Positions 1 to 10,799 are shown, numbered from the stretch's first letter. The stretch: 64,000 nucleotides of DNA from an uncultured Clostridia bacterium (GCA_947626575.1 CANQSR010000011.1:944-64943), one strand, 5' to 3'. Numbers and translations are program-made. Notes: generated from the sequence alone by a model not told the origin.

Positions 1-81
1 TCCGAACCCCCCGCGCCCCCGCAGCCCGACTTTATGAATACCGATGAAGAGAACGAACGGATCAACCGTGAGAACAAATAA
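1..81 (+). CDS. C-terminal fragment of an unidentified CDS entering from upstream
   Basis: Frame 1 is open from base 1 to TAA 79-81 (SEPPAPPQPDFMNTDEENERINRENK*). Too short to assign. Confidence 0.3.
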   Translation, partial: SEPPAPPQPDFMNTDEENERINRENK

Positions 82-169
82 AACGGGTGCGCGTGAAGTA
101 TGAAAGTATATAAAGTATATAATGTGCGCGTGCGCGCATACATTTTATAGTGGGGGGATAACGTGCAAC

Positions 170-835
170 GCAGGACAAAGGCTTCCCCCCACGGGGGGAA
201 GCTGTCACCATGTGACTGATGAGGGGTTTTGGACGTTCACGTCATTTCGAACCCCACAGGGGTGAGAAATCTCAAAGGACGCGATTCCTCACTTCGTTCG
301 GAATGACGTATGGAAGCCCCGCTCGTTCGGACAGGACGCTGCCTATGCGCCCCACCCCCTTGGGGAGTCCCCCTCCCATGGGAGGGGGTAGAAGCGGCCC
401 GTCGCTTTGGCATGGCGGGTCGTCGCCCCGCTCGTTCGGACAGGACGGGTACACCACCCCCTCCCCTACCCTGTCTCACGCGGGTAGAACCCCGCGTTAC
501 TTCGCCTTCGGCTCGTGGCGACCTTCGATAATAAATAGAAGCCTCGGTCGGACGGTCACCGTTCGCGCGGCAAATGCGCTCACTCACCGCAAAACGCCGC
601 CCACAGCACACTGTGCTGATGTGCGAGAATTGCGTTTTGCGACCCTCAGGTATAAGGGGGGAGGCGACGGGAAGCCCGAATAAGCGACCCGATTACCTCA
701 ACTGCGGAGAGGCGAGCAGAACGAGGAGCGCGCGGCTTCCCGCACGGAGCGTACTTTATCGTACGTGACGAAGGGAAACGTAAGCGCGACAAAGTTATGC
801 GACGTCTATACGCAGTTCGCATTACGAAGTCCAAC
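170..835. repeat. Mosaic repeat block
   Basis: It contains a C6/G6 hairpin (181-202), M1 (241-308), M2 (minus orientation, 474-644) carrying the 54-bp M8 at 499-552, and M15 (minus orientation, about 690-835). Confidence 0.85.
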
Positions 836-840
836 CAAAC

Positions 841-871
841 AAGGTGCGGAGTCGAATCGACTCCGCACCTT
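841..871 (-). terminator. Hairpin terminator after the lipoprotein gene
   Basis: AAGGTGCGGAGTCG-AAT-CGACTCCGCACCTT, a perfect 14-bp stem. Confidence 0.6.
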
Positions 872-889
872 GCTCAAAGGGGGGGAAAG

Positions 890-2686
890 TTACGTCAAAT
901 CCACGCTGTGCCTGACGTAGCCTGTGGAATTGGCCATGAGATTATATTCGACGATGAACTGCACCGTCTCGTGCGCGGGGATCTTCACCGTGTAATGGAA
1001 AGCCCTGTCAAAGGCGTCTCCAAAGCCCTCGTTGCCCCGCTGGCATGCGAAATATTCCGTTCCTGCGACGACCGAGCCGTCGATGTTTCTGACAAACGTC
1101 ACCAGCCCGCCCGTCAGATTGATGTGGACCGTCACCGTGCGCTCGCTTTCGCCGCGGTTGGTGAACGTAAATACGTCCTGGTAGTCCTTCATCCAATTGC
1201 CGATGTTGGCAAGTTTGCCGCGGGTATCATACCACCCGCAACCAACCGTGACGGGCTTTTGATCGGGCCCAAAGACGGTGTGGAAGGAGGTCATGTCCGT
1301 GCCGACGGCTTCGGGGTGACCCTGCACGTTGATGTGCGTCACCCACTCTTCGAGCGTCTGTTCGTGCCGCGTCGAGGGGATCTCCGCACCCGGTTCACCC
1401 TCGGCGGGAACGTCGTCCATATAATAGTTGCTGAATGTGACGGGGAGCTTGCCTTCGGGCGTCGCATCGTTGAACACCCAGCTTGCGCTGTTATCCACCA
1501 CATACCCGACGTCCTGCCCGCAATGCACCACGCCGTACGCTTCGGGATCGGTGATGCCGAGGTGGTCGTCGCCGCCCTCCGTTCCGGGCGCGATCTTGGC
1601 GGGGTCGTCATACACATAGTAGGCGCCCTCGGCCTTTCCCACGACGTCGAAGAGTACCGCGCCGTTCTGGCAGTTGCCCGTCACGCGTTTATCCGCCGTA
1701 TCGCCCACGTTGGCGTTGGAAAAGGCGTCCGAAGTCGTGCCGCCGAACACATAGATGAATTTCCCTGCGGGGACACGGTAGGTTATCGGCTGGAAGCCCA
1801 AGAGCGGATAGTTGCCGCTGAACCCCATGAGCGCCTTCCAGCTCGCAAGCTGGCTCTCCGTAAACCCGCCCGGGTCGGGGATCCTGAATTTCAGGTTGTA
1901 AAACTGCGTCCACTCCTGTTCGCCGAAATAGGAGCCGTCTCCCGCACGCTGGTAGCCGATGTTCTTGACGGTGACGTACATGTCCGCGGTCCCCGTATTG
2001 CGTACGCGGTAGCCGTAGAACACGCCGGGGTTCATCTTATCGCTCTGCTGCTCCATCGTGAAAAACACGCTTTGGTCGGAGACATCCTGCCGTGTGATGC
2101 AGTGGTTGACGACCTGCGGGCCTTCGGTGAGCGCTTCGGGTGCGTTGCAATACACATAGAGCGTATCCGGACGCTTGACGTATTCGATGGGGGCGGGCCG
2201 CATGGGATCGGCGGGGTCGGAGGACTCCGTGGGGATCTTGCTCGCATCCGGCACCGCGCCGATCTCGAACGGCAGTTGCGCCGTATGGTTTTTGGCCGTC
2301 ACGGTGAGGCGGATCTTTTTCGAGGCGGGAACGATGCGCACATACACCGTATCGCCCGCTTCAAGCAAAATTTCAAAGCCCTTCTCCGAGGAGACGAGGA
2401 GCGTTCCGTCTTCGCCGTAAAACTCCACCTTCCGGATGCTGCTTGCCAAAAAACTTACGCTGTACGTATCCGTGAAGGGAGCCTTCATCTTGACCGTACA
2501 CGCCGCGCCTTCCTCGATGGTCTGAAAGGAGGAAAGCCGCACAACGGGAAGGTCTGCATGATCCTTTACGTCAAACCCGCCGTTTCCGCCGCCACCGCCG
2601 CCGCCCGTACAGGCGGAAGCCGCAAGGAGCGTAAACACCGCGGCGCATAAGAGCGCACCCTTCCTTCGCATATCGCGTCTCCTCAT
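890..2686 (-). CDS. Secreted lipoprotein of unknown function
   Basis: ORF 890..2782. I prefer the internal ATG at 2686 (MRRRDMRRKGALLCAAVFTLLAASAC). It has a signal peptide with a lipobox Cys followed by a Gly-rich linker, and a hairpin terminator downstream at 841-871. Confidence 0.7.
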   Translation of the reverse strand: MRRRDMRRKGALLCAAVFTLLAASACTGGGGGGGNGGFDVKDHADLPVVRLSSFQTIEEGAACTVKMKAPFTDTYSVSFLASSIRKVEFYGEDGTLLVSSEKGFEILLEAGDTVYVRIVPASKKIRLTVTAKNHTAQLPFEIGAVPDASKIPTESSDPADPMRPAPIEYVKRPDTLYVYCNAPEALTEGPQVVNHCITRQDVSDQSVFFTMEQQSDKMNPGVFYGYRVRNTGTADMYVTVKNIGYQRAGDGSYFGEQEWTQFYNLKFRIPDPGGFTESQLASWKALMGFSGNYPLLGFQPITYRVPAGKFIYVFGGTTSDAFSNANVGDTADKRVTGNCQNGAVLFDVVGKAEGAYYVYDDPAKIAPGTEGGDDHLGITDPEAYGVVHCGQDVGYVVDNSASWVFNDATPEGKLPVTFSNYYMDDVPAEGEPGAEIPSTRHEQTLEEWVTHINVQGHPEAVGTDMTSFHTVFGPDQKPVTVGCGWYDTRGKLANIGNWMKDYQDVFTFTNRGESERTVTVHINLTGGLVTFVRNIDGSVVAGTEYFACQRGNEGFGDAFDRAFHYTVKIPAHETVQFIVEYNLMANSTGYVRHSVDLT

Positions 2687-2932
2687 TTCATTGTCGGGTT
2701 TTATTATACACGCATATTTTTCATTTGTCAACCTATTTGAAAAAAATTTTTTTCTTTTTCTGAAAAATTTTGTTTTTTGCACGACTTATTGAATATTTCG
2801 CAGTTGGAAATTTTTACGCTGAAAAAAGTTTTCATAAAATGAAATTCCCGCCGCAACGCTCCTCTCGCGGGGCGGCGGCGGGAAAAATTGCTTGGTTTGC
2901 GGGCGGAATACGCCGTGCGGGCGCGCCGAAGC

Positions 2933-4351
2933 TCAGCCTTCGGGCGTGCGGTAGAAATAGAAATACGTTTCATCCTCGCCGCAGGGGCGCATCCCCGCCG
3001 CGAGCAGCATCGTGCGCGAACGCGCGTTCTCCTTGTAGCACTTGGCTTCCAGCCGTTCGAGGTTCAGCCGCGAGAAGGCATACGCGGCGTACCCGCAAAC
3101 GGCTTCGCGCGCATAGCCCATGCCCTCGTATTCGGGCAGAAGCCGCACGCCGATCTCGGCGCGCGCATCATAGCCGAAGCGGTGCAGGACGGCTTCTCCC
3201 ACCAGCATGTCCGAAAGGTAGATGCCCAAAGGCATCTCGCGGCGCTTCGCGAAGTCCTCCCGCGCGCTCTTCAAAAAGTAGGAATCGGCGGGCCGCCGCT
3301 TGCGGTCGCTCCGCCAATCGTACCCCCAATAGCGGTTGCGCACGACGTCCCCCGCAAGGCGCGCATAGGCCGCCTTATCGGCATCCTCAACGGGCTTCAA
3401 GACCAACCGCTCCGTCCTGAAATCGGGCAGGCGCATCACGAAGTCGATGGCGCGCTTGGGGGTGACGTTGTATTTATCCACGAGTTCGCACGGGCCGTAT
3501 TGCAATTTGGATTTGCGCAGGCCGAGGTCGCCCGCATCGTCCATGCGGTTGAGAAACCGCACCCCATCCCCGCAAAACGCCCGCGCAAACTGCCGCGCGA
3601 GGAAGGGATAGACGCCCTCGCATTCCCTGAGCGCCTTCTCGATGTGTACGACGATCATGTCGCCGCACCGCTCGCCCGCGGAGAAGCCGACGACCCTGCC
3701 CCCTGCGGTGAGGATTCCCGCCCGCATGTGCAATTCCTGCATGTGCGGCAAGACCGCATAGACCTCGTCGAGTTCCTCGTCCGCAAGCGGGCTTCCCTTC
3801 GCCCGCTGGGAGGCTTCGTATTCGTGTAAGAAGGCTTCAATGGCACCCATGTCCGAGGGTAAGGCCTCGCGGAACTGCCAATCGGGGTATAATTTTTCAA
3901 ATTTGCGCACGTGGTTGCGCTGGCCCGCGTACTTCTTCCCCGGATACTCCTTGAAATCTTCCGCGCGGTAGAGATAGTCCCGCCAGCGGCGGTTGTTGGT
4001 GACAAGCATCTCCGCATAGCGCGCCGTGAGCAGGGGCAGACGCTCCTTGGGGACGTTGGTATAGTGGATGCGCTCGCCCGTATCCCGCGCGCGCTCCTCG
4101 ATGGCGGCAACGGCTCGCATCTCCGCCTCCCCGTCCCCGGAGCGCGAGAGCGGGAAATGGTAATAGCACTTGCCCGCAAAGTACTCGCGCAGAACGAGGC
4201 AATCCCCGATGAAGGCATAGGCGGGCTTTAAGGCGTCGTACCACATGTATTGGAAGGCGAGCGAAAAATCGCTGATATGCCGCGTCTGCGCCGCAAAATA
4301 CGGCGCAAGCTCCTGCATGTTCTCCCTGTCGATCGGCTGAAAAAGTTCCAT
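2933..4351 (-). CDS. Two-domain acyltransferase: N-terminal DUF2156-like domain plus C-terminal RimJ/RimL-type GNAT
   Basis: 472 aa. The C-terminus (EAVLHRFGYDARAEIGVRLLPEYEGMGYAREAV...LERLEAKCYKENARSRTML) is a GNAT pattern. The N-terminal half resembles DUF2156 / lysyl-PG-synthase C-domain proteins, recognised by eye. Confidence 0.65.
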   Translation of the reverse strand: MELFQPIDRENMQELAPYFAAQTRHISDFSLAFQYMWYDALKPAYAFIGDCLVLREYFAGKCYYHFPLSRSGDGEAEMRAVAAIEERARDTGERIHYTNVPKERLPLLTARYAEMLVTNNRRWRDYLYRAEDFKEYPGKKYAGQRNHVRKFEKLYPDWQFREALPSDMGAIEAFLHEYEASQRAKGSPLADEELDEVYAVLPHMQELHMRAGILTAGGRVVGFSAGERCGDMIVVHIEKALRECEGVYPFLARQFARAFCGDGVRFLNRMDDAGDLGLRKSKLQYGPCELVDKYNVTPKRAIDFVMRLPDFRTERLVLKPVEDADKAAYARLAGDVVRNRYWGYDWRSDRKRRPADSYFLKSAREDFAKRREMPLGIYLSDMLVGEAVLHRFGYDARAEIGVRLLPEYEGMGYAREAVCGYAAYAFSRLNLERLEAKCYKENARSRTMLLAAGMRPCGEDETYFYFYRTPEG

Positions 4352-4364
4352 AAACCTGCCTGCG

Positions 4365-4498
4365 TTCCCAGACTCTCATATAAATGGAACGCCACCCCCT
4401 CACCGCCGCAAGGGCAGCGGCGGAGCTCCCCCTCAAGGGGGCGCCGAGAACACCCCTTCGCCCCCTCAGGAGAGCGTCGGGGATACCCATGTCCGCGG
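4365..4498. repeat. Mosaic repeat block (M11-type)
   Basis: CCACCCCCTCA..CGCAAGGGC..GCTCCCCCTCAAGGGGGCGCC recurs at about 9020-9085, 55290-55345 and 60755-60790. Confidence 0.7.
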
Positions 4499-4500
4499 TC

Positions 4501-5373
4501 TCACTTGATGTTATCCAAAATATCGAGCATCTCGGAAATGCGTTCGAGGTCGTCGCGGGAGTAGTAGTCGATGTAGATGCGGCCCTTCTTTTCGGTGCCG
4601 ATCAAAGAGACCTTCGTGCCGAGCGACGTGCGGAGCCGCTCCACGAAGTGTTTGAGTTCCACGCTCGTCTTTGCCGTCTTTTTTTCCTTTTCGCGGGCGA
4701 GGATCTCCGGCGGGTTCAGTTCCTGTTTGACGGCGCGCTCCATCTCGCGCACCGAACTTCCGTTTTTGACGCACTCCGCCGCAAGGCGTATCTGCGCCTC
4801 CTTGGGCAGGGGGACGAGGGTACGCGCATGGCCCGGAGAGAGCTTGCCCGTGCGGACGAGGGCGATGACTTCGTCGGCGAGCGTGAGAAGGCGCAGCGTA
4901 TTGGCGATGGCGGGACGGGACTTGCCGATCTGCTCGGCGAGCGCCTCCTGCGTGAGGCCGTAATCCTCCATGAGCTTTTTCATGGCGTACGCCGCCTCGA
5001 TGGGGTTGAGGTCCTCGCGCTGTAAGTTTTCGATGAGGGCGAGTTCGCGGATCTGCTTTTCGTCGAGTTCGCGGATGATGACGGGGACCCGTTCCAGCCC
5101 CGCGCGGCGGGCGGCGCGGTAACGCCGTTCCCCCGCGATGATCATGTACGTCCCGTCCGCGTTCCTGTTGACGACGATGGGCGAAATGACCCCGTATTCC
5201 CGTATGGAATTCGTGAGGTCGTTCATCGCATTTTCATCGAAAGCCTTGCGCGGCTGGTCGGGGTTGGGATAGATCTCCGAAAGAAGCAGTTCGCCGCTCT
5301 TGCCCGCGGTGCGCGCTTCCTCCTCGATCCCCCCCTCGAACAGCGCGGAGAGGCCTCTCGATCCTTTCGCCAT
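4501..5373 (-). CDS. parB: Chromosome partitioning protein ParB/Spo0J
   Basis: 290 aa with the GERRYRAARRAG box, the IENLQREDLNPIE box and an HTH (QEALAEQIGKSRPAIANTLRLL). It lies directly downstream of soj. Confidence 0.95.
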   Translation of the reverse strand: MAKGSRGLSALFEGGIEEEARTAGKSGELLLSEIYPNPDQPRKAFDENAMNDLTNSIREYGVISPIVVNRNADGTYMIIAGERRYRAARRAGLERVPVIIRELDEKQIRELALIENLQREDLNPIEAAYAMKKLMEDYGLTQEALAEQIGKSRPAIANTLRLLTLADEVIALVRTGKLSPGHARTLVPLPKEAQIRLAAECVKNGSSVREMERAVKQELNPPEILAREKEKKTAKTSVELKHFVERLRTSLGTKVSLIGTEKKGRIYIDYYSRDDLERISEMLDILDNIK

Positions 5374-5375
5374 AG

Positions 5376-6140
5376 CTAATCTCCTCTTGCCGATTTTTTC
5401 AAAAACTCTTCCGCAAACGCCTCATAGGCGCGCGCCCCCATACACTTGGGGTCATATAGCGTTACGGGCTTGCCCTGCGCCGCGGACTCTGCGAGCCGCG
5501 CGCTTCGCGGGATGACCGTCTTAAAGATGCGCTTCCCGAAGATGCGCTCCGCCTCCGCGGCCGCCTGCCCGGCCGAAGCGGCGCGCACGTCGTACATCGT
5601 GAGCAGCGCGCCTTCGATGCGCAGATTTTTGTTGAGATGCCGCCTGACGAGCGTCACCGTCTCCGCAAGGCTTTCGAGCGCGGCGCTCTCCGCCCCCGTT
5701 CCGGGAACGGGAATGACGGCGCCGTCCGATGCCGTGAGCGCGTTGATGGTGAGAAGCCCCAAAGACGACGGGCAGTCGAGCAGGACGAAATCATATTGCC
5801 GCGCGGCCTGTCCGAGCGCCGCCCGCAGCAGTTTCTCGCGGTCGCGGCGGTAGATGAGTTCCTGCTCGGCGCGCGCGAGTTCGCCGCCCGCGGGGACGAG
5901 GAACACGCCCGATTCCGTCTCGGCGGCACACCCGCCGATCTGCTCATCCTCGGTGAGGATGCCGTACATCGCTCCGCCCGTCTCCACGCCGCCCAGCCAT
6001 GCCGTGGCGCCGCCGTCGGGCGAGAGATCTGCGAGCAAAACGCGCAAACCCCGTCTGGCGAGAAAGGCCGCAAGGCTGACGGCCGTGGCCGTTTTTCCTG
6101 CCCCTGCGCATTGGTTGATGAACGAAATGACCCTACCCAT
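5376..6140 (-). CDS. soj: ParA/Soj-family ATPase with an atypical deviant Walker A
   Basis: 254 aa, collinear with Soj (LLDCPSSLGLLTINALTASDGAVIPV, LLTMYD, VIPRSARLAES). The N-terminus is NQCAGAGKTAT where NQKGGVGKTTT is expected, and DLSPDG where DIDPQG is expected. Confidence 0.9.
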   Translation of the reverse strand: MGRVISFINQCAGAGKTATAVSLAAFLARRGLRVLLADLSPDGGATAWLGGVETGGAMYGILTEDEQIGGCAAETESGVFLVPAGGELARAEQELIYRRDREKLLRAALGQAARQYDFVLLDCPSSLGLLTINALTASDGAVIPVPGTGAESAALESLAETVTLVRRHLNKNLRIEGALLTMYDVRAASAGQAAAEAERIFGKRIFKTVIPRSARLAESAAQGKPVTLYDPKCMGARAYEAFAEEFLKKSARGD

Positions 6141-6197
6141 GTCCGCGATCCCCCCTGCTGCTACGTCATTTTCGTCGTGATTTTTCTCTATGAAACT

Positions 6198-8297
<2,100 letters not shown>

Positions 8298-8358
8298 ATT
8301 TGGTCTCCTTATCGAAACTTCGCACGCATATTGCGCGTGCGCACATTGTGATAGAGGT

Positions 8359-8387
8359 ATTATACCACAGATGCAGAAAATTATCAA
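8359..8387 (-). promoter_or_regulatory. SigA-type promoter of ftsH
   Basis: On the minus strand: TTGATA (8387-8382), N17, TGG-TATAAT (8364-8359). Confidence 0.65.
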
Positions 8388-8467
8388 GCGAATGCCGGGA
8401 AATCTTTCCCGCTTTTCATGTTTATCACAAAATTTTCGAAATATCCCCGCGCTGTTTGCTGCAAAAT

Positions 8468-8483
8468 TGTTTCATGTGAAACT
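8468..8483. promoter_or_regulatory. Degenerate parS-like site
   Basis: TGTTTCATGTGAAACT has 2 mismatches to the consensus. It lies 42 bp from the perfect site. Confidence 0.5.
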
Positions 8484-8509
8484 GTTCCCAAAAAATTTTC
8501 AAATTCCGA

Positions 8510-8525
8510 TGTTTCACGTGAAACA
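8510..8525. promoter_or_regulatory. parS centromere site (perfect 16-bp palindrome)
   Basis: TGTTTCACGTGAAACA matches the Firmicutes parS consensus TGTTNCACGTGAAACA. It lies about 2.4 kb from soj-parB. Confidence 0.8.
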
Positions 8526-8551
8526 TACAGCGCATAAAAATTTTTGCCCGC

Positions 8552-8592
8552 CGTGGATAGCAATGTGGATAATTTTGTGGAAATGTGGATAA
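8552..8592 (+). promoter_or_regulatory. Second DnaA-box cluster (4 co-oriented boxes in 41 bp)
   Basis: CGTGGATAG at 8552-8560, perfect TGTGGATAA at 8564-8572, TGTGGAAAT at 8576-8584, and perfect TGTGGATAA at 8584-8592. Confidence 0.65.
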
Positions 8593-8595
8593 CCC

Positions 8596-9312
8596 CTCAC
8601 TCGCCGCAGGGAAAATCATGTCATTCCGAACGGATGAGAGGAATCTCCTTATTATAATAAGGTGACCCTTCGGCAAGCTCAGGGTGACGGATTGGAGTCC
8701 CCACTCCCTGTATCCCTCTCCCCAAGGAGAGGGTAGGCCTCGCCACGCCCCCCAAGGGGGCGACGAGAGTGCAGCGACGATGTAGCCGTCTTTCTGAGCC
8801 GCATTGGCTTGGTTTTCAACGAACTGCCCATCCGCGAAGAATCTTATTGCGACCGCGTTCAATGTAGGCAGACTTCGTTTTTCGGGATGTTTCGCTTCGC
8901 TCAACATGACGAGAAATCTCAAAGCGAGATTCCTCACATACGTTCGGAATGACGCGATCTCCCCTTGCCCACCCCTTGAGGGGTGGGTGTCACCAAAGGT
9001 GACGGAAGGGGTGTCATACAAATACGCCACCCCCTCAGCCCCGCAAGGGCGCGGGTCAGCTCCCCCTCAAGGGGGCGCCAAGGATAAGGCCTCGCCGTCC
9101 CTAAGAGAACCCGAAGGCCCTCCCCCCGTTGGGGGGAGGGTGGCACGAGCAACGCGAGTGACGGATGGGGGGGGGAACGGACGGAAGAATGCCCCCCACC
9201 ACCGCCCTGCGGGCAGAGCCTCCCCCCATGTAGGGGTTGGCCTTTCACCCCCTACCTGTCCGCAAAGCGGACGTCCTCCCCCCTCAGGTATAAGGGTGGA
9301 GGCGTCTTCCCA
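8596..9312. repeat. Mosaic repeat block
   Basis: It contains M5(-) at about 8600-8745, M7(-) at 8783-8954, M6(-) at about 8955-9015, M11 at about 9020-9085, an M6-like unit at about 9125-9175, and M10 at about 9185-9250. Confidence 0.85.
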
Positions 9313-9315
9313 ATG

Positions 9316-9343
9316 AAAAATACCGCCGAGAGGCGGTATTTTC
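9316..9343 (-). terminator. Bidirectional hairpin terminator after cvpA
   Basis: AATACCGCC-GAGA-GGCGGTATT, flanked by an A-run on one side and a T-run on the other. Confidence 0.6.
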
Positions 9344-9431
9344 GCGATTTCACATTTTTTTGTTTTCACATTTTCAAATTTTGTATTTCGGCACTTTCGC
9401 ACTTTCGTATTATCGTATTCGTATTCTTCCG

Positions 9432-10007
9432 TTACAGGCGGTTGATGATCCGTCCGGGCAGGTTGGTCGCTTCAATGAACCACTCGGACGTGTAAATGGA
9501 CCTCACCACAACGCTCGATTGGATAAACTCGTTGATAAAATCCGCGTTGATCCAATGGCATACGGTAAGAAGCACGAGAATGAGGAGCAGGGCTTCGCCA
9601 AGACCCAATATTCCGCCCAAAATGCGGTCCGTCACGTTCAGCACTTTGGATTTTTCCACGAGGACGCGCGCTAACTTCCCGATGAGCCATGTGGCAAGTT
9701 TGGTGACGACGAGCAACCCGATAAAGCAGATGACGATGCTCAGCCAGCCCGCAAGCGTCTCGTTCCCCACGCCGTTCGCGATCGCAGTCGTCAGACCGAA
9801 CGAGGATTCCAACGCCGCCTGCAACGGCGTACACATGGAAAACGCGAGTACGACGGCAAGGAGCGTTCCGCCCAACTTACACACGCCGCGCACAAACCCG
9901 CGCGTACAGCCGATGATGAGGCCGATGAGGATGAGCGCGAAAAAGATGACGTCGAGGATCCAACCGCCGCCCGAACCGGCCATCGAGGCCTCGGCAAGCA
10001 AATTCAT
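9432..10007 (-). CDS. cvpA: CvpA-family membrane protein
   Basis: 191 aa with four hydrophobic helices. The N-terminal pattern WILDVIFFALILIGLIIGCTRGFVR is typical of the colicin V production protein family. Confidence 0.7.
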   Translation of the reverse strand: MNLLAEASMAGSGGGWILDVIFFALILIGLIIGCTRGFVRGVCKLGGTLLAVVLAFSMCTPLQAALESSFGLTTAIANGVGNETLAGWLSIVICFIGLLVVTKLATWLIGKLARVLVEKSKVLNVTDRILGGILGLGEALLLILVLLTVCHWINADFINEFIQSSVVVRSIYTSEWFIEATNLPGRIINRL

Positions 10008-10140
10008 GATCTATCCCTCCGAATTCTTGGTAGTCCCTATTATATCACCGCTTACGAAAAAAGTCATCCGCTTTCCGTAAAAATGTTATAAAAAATTTTA
10101 CGTTGGTCCAAACTTTCCCTGCAACTTTTGCGAGGCAACT

Positions 10141-10725
10141 ATGGAATACACCTTTCACTTCTACAACACGCTCGCCGAAACGGGGATCTTTCTCGCGCTT
10201 TCACGACTCCTCGGCCCCTGCAACGCGCCGCCCGTGGTCCTCTGCATCGGGAGCGACCTTGCCATCGGGGACAGCCTCGGCCCGCTCACGGGAACGCTTC
10301 TCCGCCGCGCGGGGTTCAGCGGCTATATCTATGGGACCTTAAAGACGCCCGTGACCGCCAAGGAGATCAAAAATATCGACGGCTTCCTGCGCAAGACGCA
10401 CCCGAAGAGCAAGATCGTCGCGGTGGACGCGGCCGTGGGGGAAGAGGCGGATATCGGGCTTCTGAAAGTGGTGGATGCCCCCCTCCGCCCCGGTTCTGGC
10501 GCGAACAAGCGGCTGGGCAAGGTGGGAGACGTCTCCGTCTTGGGCGTGGTGGCGAAAAAATCGGCGTTCTCTTACTCGCTTTTGAACCTTACGCGGCTGA
10601 ACATGGTCTACGGCATGGCCGAAACGGTGTGCGGCGCGCTCTCTCTTCTCGCATCCAAAAGCAGTTGGCGGGAGGAAAATGTTACGGGCGAACAGGAATG
10701 TTATCAGACGCGCGGTTTCGTGTAA
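10141..10725 (+). CDS. yyaC: Spore protease YyaC-like protein
   Basis: 194 aa. CIGSDLAIGDSLGPLTG and IVAVDAAVG match the YyaC/GPR-type protease family. An origin-proximal position near parB is the same as in Bacillus. Confidence 0.75.
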   Translation: MEYTFHFYNTLAETGIFLALSRLLGPCNAPPVVLCIGSDLAIGDSLGPLTGTLLRRAGFSGYIYGTLKTPVTAKEIKNIDGFLRKTHPKSKIVAVDAAVGEEADIGLLKVVDAPLRPGSGANKRLGKVGDVSVLGVVAKKSAFSYSLLNLTRLNMVYGMAETVCGALSLLASKSSWREENVTGEQECYQTRGFV

Positions 10726-10770
10726 TAAATTAACAAATTCACACGTCCCGCGAAATTTTTCTGTGTTTTC

Positions 10771-10799
10771 TTGACGAAATTATCGCGTTGGAATAAAAT
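10771..10799 (+). promoter_or_regulatory. SigA-type promoter of the 76-aa ORF
   Basis: TTGACG-N17-TAAAAT. Confidence 0.6.

Noticed and set aside
797-2650. 617-aa ORF on the plus strand.
   Set aside because: It is entirely antisense to the signal-peptide-bearing lipoprotein gene (890-2686). Its composition is the Arg/Ala/Gly/His/Val-rich pattern typical of shadow frames in high-GC DNA, and it has no RBS.
8298-8387. N-terminal 30-aa extension of FtsH from the ORF-track ATG at 8387.
   Set aside because: The extension ([30 protein letters not shown]) overlaps the predicted ftsH promoter and leader. TTG 8297 has a consensus AAGGAG at the proper spacing and gives a normal FtsH N-terminus ([15 protein letters not shown]...).
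8425-9030. 201-aa ORF and many 60-340-aa ORFs inside intergenic blocks, for example 219..683, 23657..23932, 24346..24606, 26380..26670, 40466..41071, 44475..45506, 31667..32221 and 48192..48833.
   Set aside because: They run through repeat modules that occur in both orientations and in different frame contexts. They have no RBS, their frames are opened and closed by neighbouring modules, and differences between copies are not biased toward synonymous sites.
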